NCBI GenBank assembly: GCA_945901095.1
Contig: CAMDKQ010000001.1
Coordinates: 1-59,521 of the forward strand
Direction: 5' to 3'
DNA: 59,521 nt
Source of the DNA: Bifidobacterium breve
Lineage (GTDB): Bacteria > Actinomycetota > Actinomycetes > S36-B12
Shown piece by piece: positions 56,675 to 59,521 of this stretch; the stretch's first letter is position 1; each line of letters opens with the position of its first letter. Below the pieces are notes generated by a model. It saw only the letters and a program-made list of their open reading frames with translations. It searched no databases and was not told the DNA's origin. A program made the position numbers and the translations under genes.

Positions 56675-57861
56675 GGCGCACCAACGTAGCGCCGCGGGAC
56701 ACGCGAGCTCACCCGGGTGACAATCTCATAGCCAATGGAGTCGGAAGCCACCGCCCAGTCATCTGCGGTTGGCGCGCCATCCGACTCGTCGCCGAACAGA
56801 ACAACCTCGTCACCCGCCTTGACATCGCCTAGGCCATCATCAATTTCGATCACGAACTGATCCATCGCAATTCTGCCAAGGACAGGACATCGGGCGCCCG
56901 CCACGACGACGGCAGCTCGGCCACTCGCCGCCCGCGGAACCCCGTCGGCGTAACCCAGAGGTACCAGCCCGACTCGAGTGGGGCGGGACGCTGTCCACTT
57001 GCTGCCATATGACACCGACTGGCCGGCGGGTATCTGCTTCACGAGCGCCAGCCGCGCCCGCAATGTCATGGCACCGGTGAGGCCGAGCCCAGCCGCTGAC
57101 CCGGGGGTCGATGGCGATACCCCGTACATTCCGATGCCGATGCGAACGAGGTCGTACCGGGTCTTGGGGTACCCCAGTGCCGCAGCCGTGTTCGCCAGGT
57201 GGCGCACGGCTGGCTCGAGTCCGGCATCAACGACCGCTGCGTCTGCCATCGCGAAGCAGGCATTCTGGTCGGCCACGGATTGGTCATCAGGGCAATCAGC
57301 ATTCGCGAGGTGGGACCAGACGCCCACGACCTCGATGGAGCCACGATCCTGCTCCACCCTGGCGGCACCTAGGAGCTGAGTCCATTCGCTCAGCGCAGCG
57401 CCGTTGCGAGATAGGCCGGTGTCGACCTTGAGGTGCACGCGAGCGCGGACGCCAAGTCGGCGAGCGACGTCGGCAACCTCGGCGAGCGCCCATGTGGACG
57501 AGACTGAAATATCAACGTCGGCCTCGACGCACGGTCCGAGGTGATCATCACCGGGTGCCCAAAGCCAGGCGAGGACTCGACCGGTATCACCCGACACTCG
57601 CAGGTCCCTCGCCTCGGAGAGGAGTGCCACCCCCAGCCACGGGACTCCTGCAGCGCGGGCCGCCCGCGCAACCGGGACCATGCCGTGGCCATATCCGTCG
57701 GCCTTCACGACCGCCATCGTGACCGGCCCATTCAGTTCCTGGCCGATCGTCGACAGATTTCGGCAAACGGCATCGAGGTTGATAACTGCCTCAGCACGGA
57801 TCACCGGCTTATTATCGCCCCGATGCGCGCAGGTCGGGCAGGAGAGCACGGCCCCAGACAT
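56671..57861 (-). CDS. alr: Alanine racemase
   Basis: Contains the PLP-lysine motif AVVKADGYGHG. 396 aa. Confidence 0.93.
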   Translation of the reverse strand: MSGAVLSCPTCAHRGDNKPVIRAEAVINLDAVCRNLSTIGQELNGPVTMAVVKADGYGHGMVPVARAARAAGVPWLGVALLSEARDLRVSGDTGRVLAWLWAPGDDHLGPCVEADVDISVSSTWALAEVADVARRLGVRARVHLKVDTGLSRNGAALSEWTQLLGAARVEQDRGSIEVVGVWSHLANADCPDDQSVADQNACFAMADAAVVDAGLEPAVRHLANTAAALGYPKTRYDLVRIGIGMYGVSPSTPGSAAGLGLTGAMTLRARLALVKQIPAGQSVSYGSKWTASRPTRVGLVPLGYADGVPRAASGRAAVVVAGARCPVLGRIAMDQFVIEIDDGLGDVKAGDEVVLFGDESDGAPTADDWAVASDSIGYEIVTRVSSRVPRRYVGAP

Positions 57862-57976
57862 TCACCTGCGAGACCGGTCAAATTCATTGGTTCGATTCGG
57901 GTCGGCAAAGACTCGTTTGCCGAATCGCCATGTCGAGCCTATTTGATGAAGCCACCTCAACCAGAAGGGAAATCCA

Positions 57977-59521
57977 ATGGGCATCCGCACGCCATTGATC
58001 ATCGGACTCGCGACCGTCGCAGTCTGCGCAACAACACTTCCCGCCTCAGCAGAGACGGGCTTCGCCTACGTCGAGCCGGCAGCCACTGGCGTCACCATCA
58101 AGGTCCTCGCGACCTCCGGCGATGTCATCACCGGCTACCAGTTGCCAGGAACCCCTGATGGCATCGGCGTCGTCAAGGACGGCAAGAACCTCAACATCTA
58201 CGTGAACCACGAGTTCTCATCGACGAACAAGGCCGCTGCGGCACTCAAGCACGCCAATGGCAATGCTTCGGCTTCGACTGTTTCACATCTCACCTTCAAC
58301 ACCGATTCCAACACCGTCACCGCAGCGCGAAATCTGCTGCAGTCGGTCACCTGGTACGACTACTCCACCGGCACCTACGGCACCAAGCCCGTGGCCCCCG
58401 CTGGGGCAGCGACACTGGACGAGTACGGCTCCGCGAACCACAGCACCGCGCTCAACCGATTCTGCTCGTCCGCCCTTGCCCAGCCGGGCTCCCTCGCCTA
58501 CACGACGAAGGTCGGCGGCAAGGACGTCACCTACGGCTTCACCGGTGCGGCGTACTTCACCGGCGAAGAGGGCAGCGATGAGTCGCGCGCCTTCGTCACC
58601 GACATGAACGGAAACCTCATGCAGCTCCCCAAGCTCGGTCTCGCCGCGTGGGAGAACTTCATCCCGGCTCCGAGCACCGGCATCCGCACGATTGTCATGG
58701 GCAACGAGGACGGCTCCGCAACCGACAGCCAGCTCTACATGTACGTCGGTGAGAAGACCACCACGGGCCACTGGACCGACATGGCGGGTCTTACGAATGG
58801 CCAGCAGTACGTCATGAAGATCGACGGGATCGCCACGGACAACGTCTTCCGTGCATCCAAGGGGAAGAACAACCCCACCGCCGTCTCATTTGCCAAGATT
58901 GATACGTCGGTCAACGGCAAGGCTCAGAATGCCCAGGCACGCTCGCTGGGCACGGTCATGGCCCGCGTCGAGGACGGTGCATTCGATCCAAATAGCCCGA
59001 ACGACTTCTACTTCGTCACGACCGAGTCGAACAAGGATCCCAAGGCAACGGCGCCCAACCCGGCCACACCAACCGTTTCGCGGGACGGCGGTGCTCTCTG
59101 GCGCCTCCGCTTTAACGATGTCAAGAACCCGACTGCTGGTGCGACCGTCACGATGCTGCTTGATGGCTCAGAGGCACCCTACCTGAGCAAGCCGGACAAC
59201 ATCGATGTCGACTCCATGGGGAATATCCTCATCCAAGCTGATCCAGGCAACAACGATCTGCTCGCCCGCATCGTTTCCTACCGGATCTCTGACGGCAAGG
59301 TGGGCAACGTCGCCAAGTTCTCCGACAAGTACTTCAAGGTCGGTGCGACGCAGTTCATCACCAGGGACGAGGAGTCCAGCGGAATCACCGACGTGACGTC
59401 GATGCTTCGCAAGGGCGCCTCGGACAAGAACAGCTACTACGTGTTCGACGCTCAGGTCCATGCCACCCCGGCTGGCTCACGCCTTGACCTGTGGAGCGAC
59501 CCCGCCGCAGTCGCCGCACTG
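57977..59521 (+). CDS. Secreted beta-propeller-like protein, possibly PhoX/DUF839 family. The gene is partial and runs off the right edge.
   Basis: My own translation from the ATG at 57977 gives MGIRTPLIIGLATVAVCATTLPASA-ETGFAYVEP... The frame stays open to the window end (more than 510 aa). The segments ARVEDGAFDP and KPDNIDVDSMGNILIQADPGNN resemble PhoX-type motifs. The gene is absent from the ORF track because it has no stop. Confidence 0.55.
   Translation, partial: MGIRTPLIIGLATVAVCATTLPASAETGFAYVEPAATGVTIKVLATSGDVITGYQLPGTPDGIGVVKDGKNLNIYVNHEFSSTNKAAAALKHANGNASASTVSHLTFNTDSNTVTAARNLLQSVTWYDYSTGTYGTKPVAPAGAATLDEYGSANHSTALNRFCSSALAQPGSLAYTTKVGGKDVTYGFTGAAYFTGEEGSDESRAFVTDMNGNLMQLPKLGLAAWENFIPAPSTGIRTIVMGNEDGSATDSQLYMYVGEKTTTGHWTDMAGLTNGQQYVMKIDGIATDNVFRASKGKNNPTAVSFAKIDTSVNGKAQNAQARSLGTVMARVEDGAFDPNSPNDFYFVTTESNKDPKATAPNPATPTVSRDGGALWRLRFNDVKNPTAGATVTMLLDGSEAPYLSKPDNIDVDSMGNILIQADPGNNDLLARIVSYRISDGKVGNVAKFSDKYFKVGATQFITRDEESSGITDVTSMLRKGASDKNSYYVFDAQVHATPAGSRLDLWSDPAAVAAL

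Overview
This is a high-GC, densely coding chromosomal window of actinobacterial type. About 60 protein genes are supportable, and I found no rRNA, tRNA, CRISPR array or intact IS element. Most of the window is core metabolism and housekeeping. From memory, two blocks resemble the mycobacterial neighbourhoods Rv0949-Rv0957 (pcrA/uvrD1, sucCD, perM-like, purN-purH) and Rv3409c-Rv3423c (choD, guaB3, guaB, whiB3, groEL1-groES, tsaD-rimI-tsaB-tsaE, alr). Between these lie several sugar and ketone modules: a pfkB-lacI-FGGY kinase-LacD-like aldolase operon cut by the left edge, a rhamnulokinase/class II aldolase/SDR cluster, and thiolase-IclR-ScoAB. There are also two type II toxin-antitoxin loci (RHH antitoxin plus a truncated PIN toxin; DUF1778 antitoxin plus a GNAT toxin), a Tat-exported multicopper oxidase, a stand-alone vWA protein, and an envelope trio of two lipoproteins plus a DUF4190 protein. 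I could not recognise a clear new multi-gene system such as a defence island. The strongest signal not explained by genes is a conserved intergenic repeat family. Each copy has a C-rich tract (in gene sense) followed by a hairpin with an invariant AGAATCC loop. Full copies occur at four sites (12.6 kb, 21.2 kb and twice, inverted, at 48.0-48.5 kb), and three of them sit directly against stop codons. Other notable points are a putative Cys/His secreted lipoprotein with a block-structured 21-bp coding tandem repeat, a CarH/LitR-like B12-domain MerR regulator divergent from whiB, dual CIRCE operators, and long runs of 4-nt start/stop overlaps. All functional calls rest on motif recognition by eye, not database searches.
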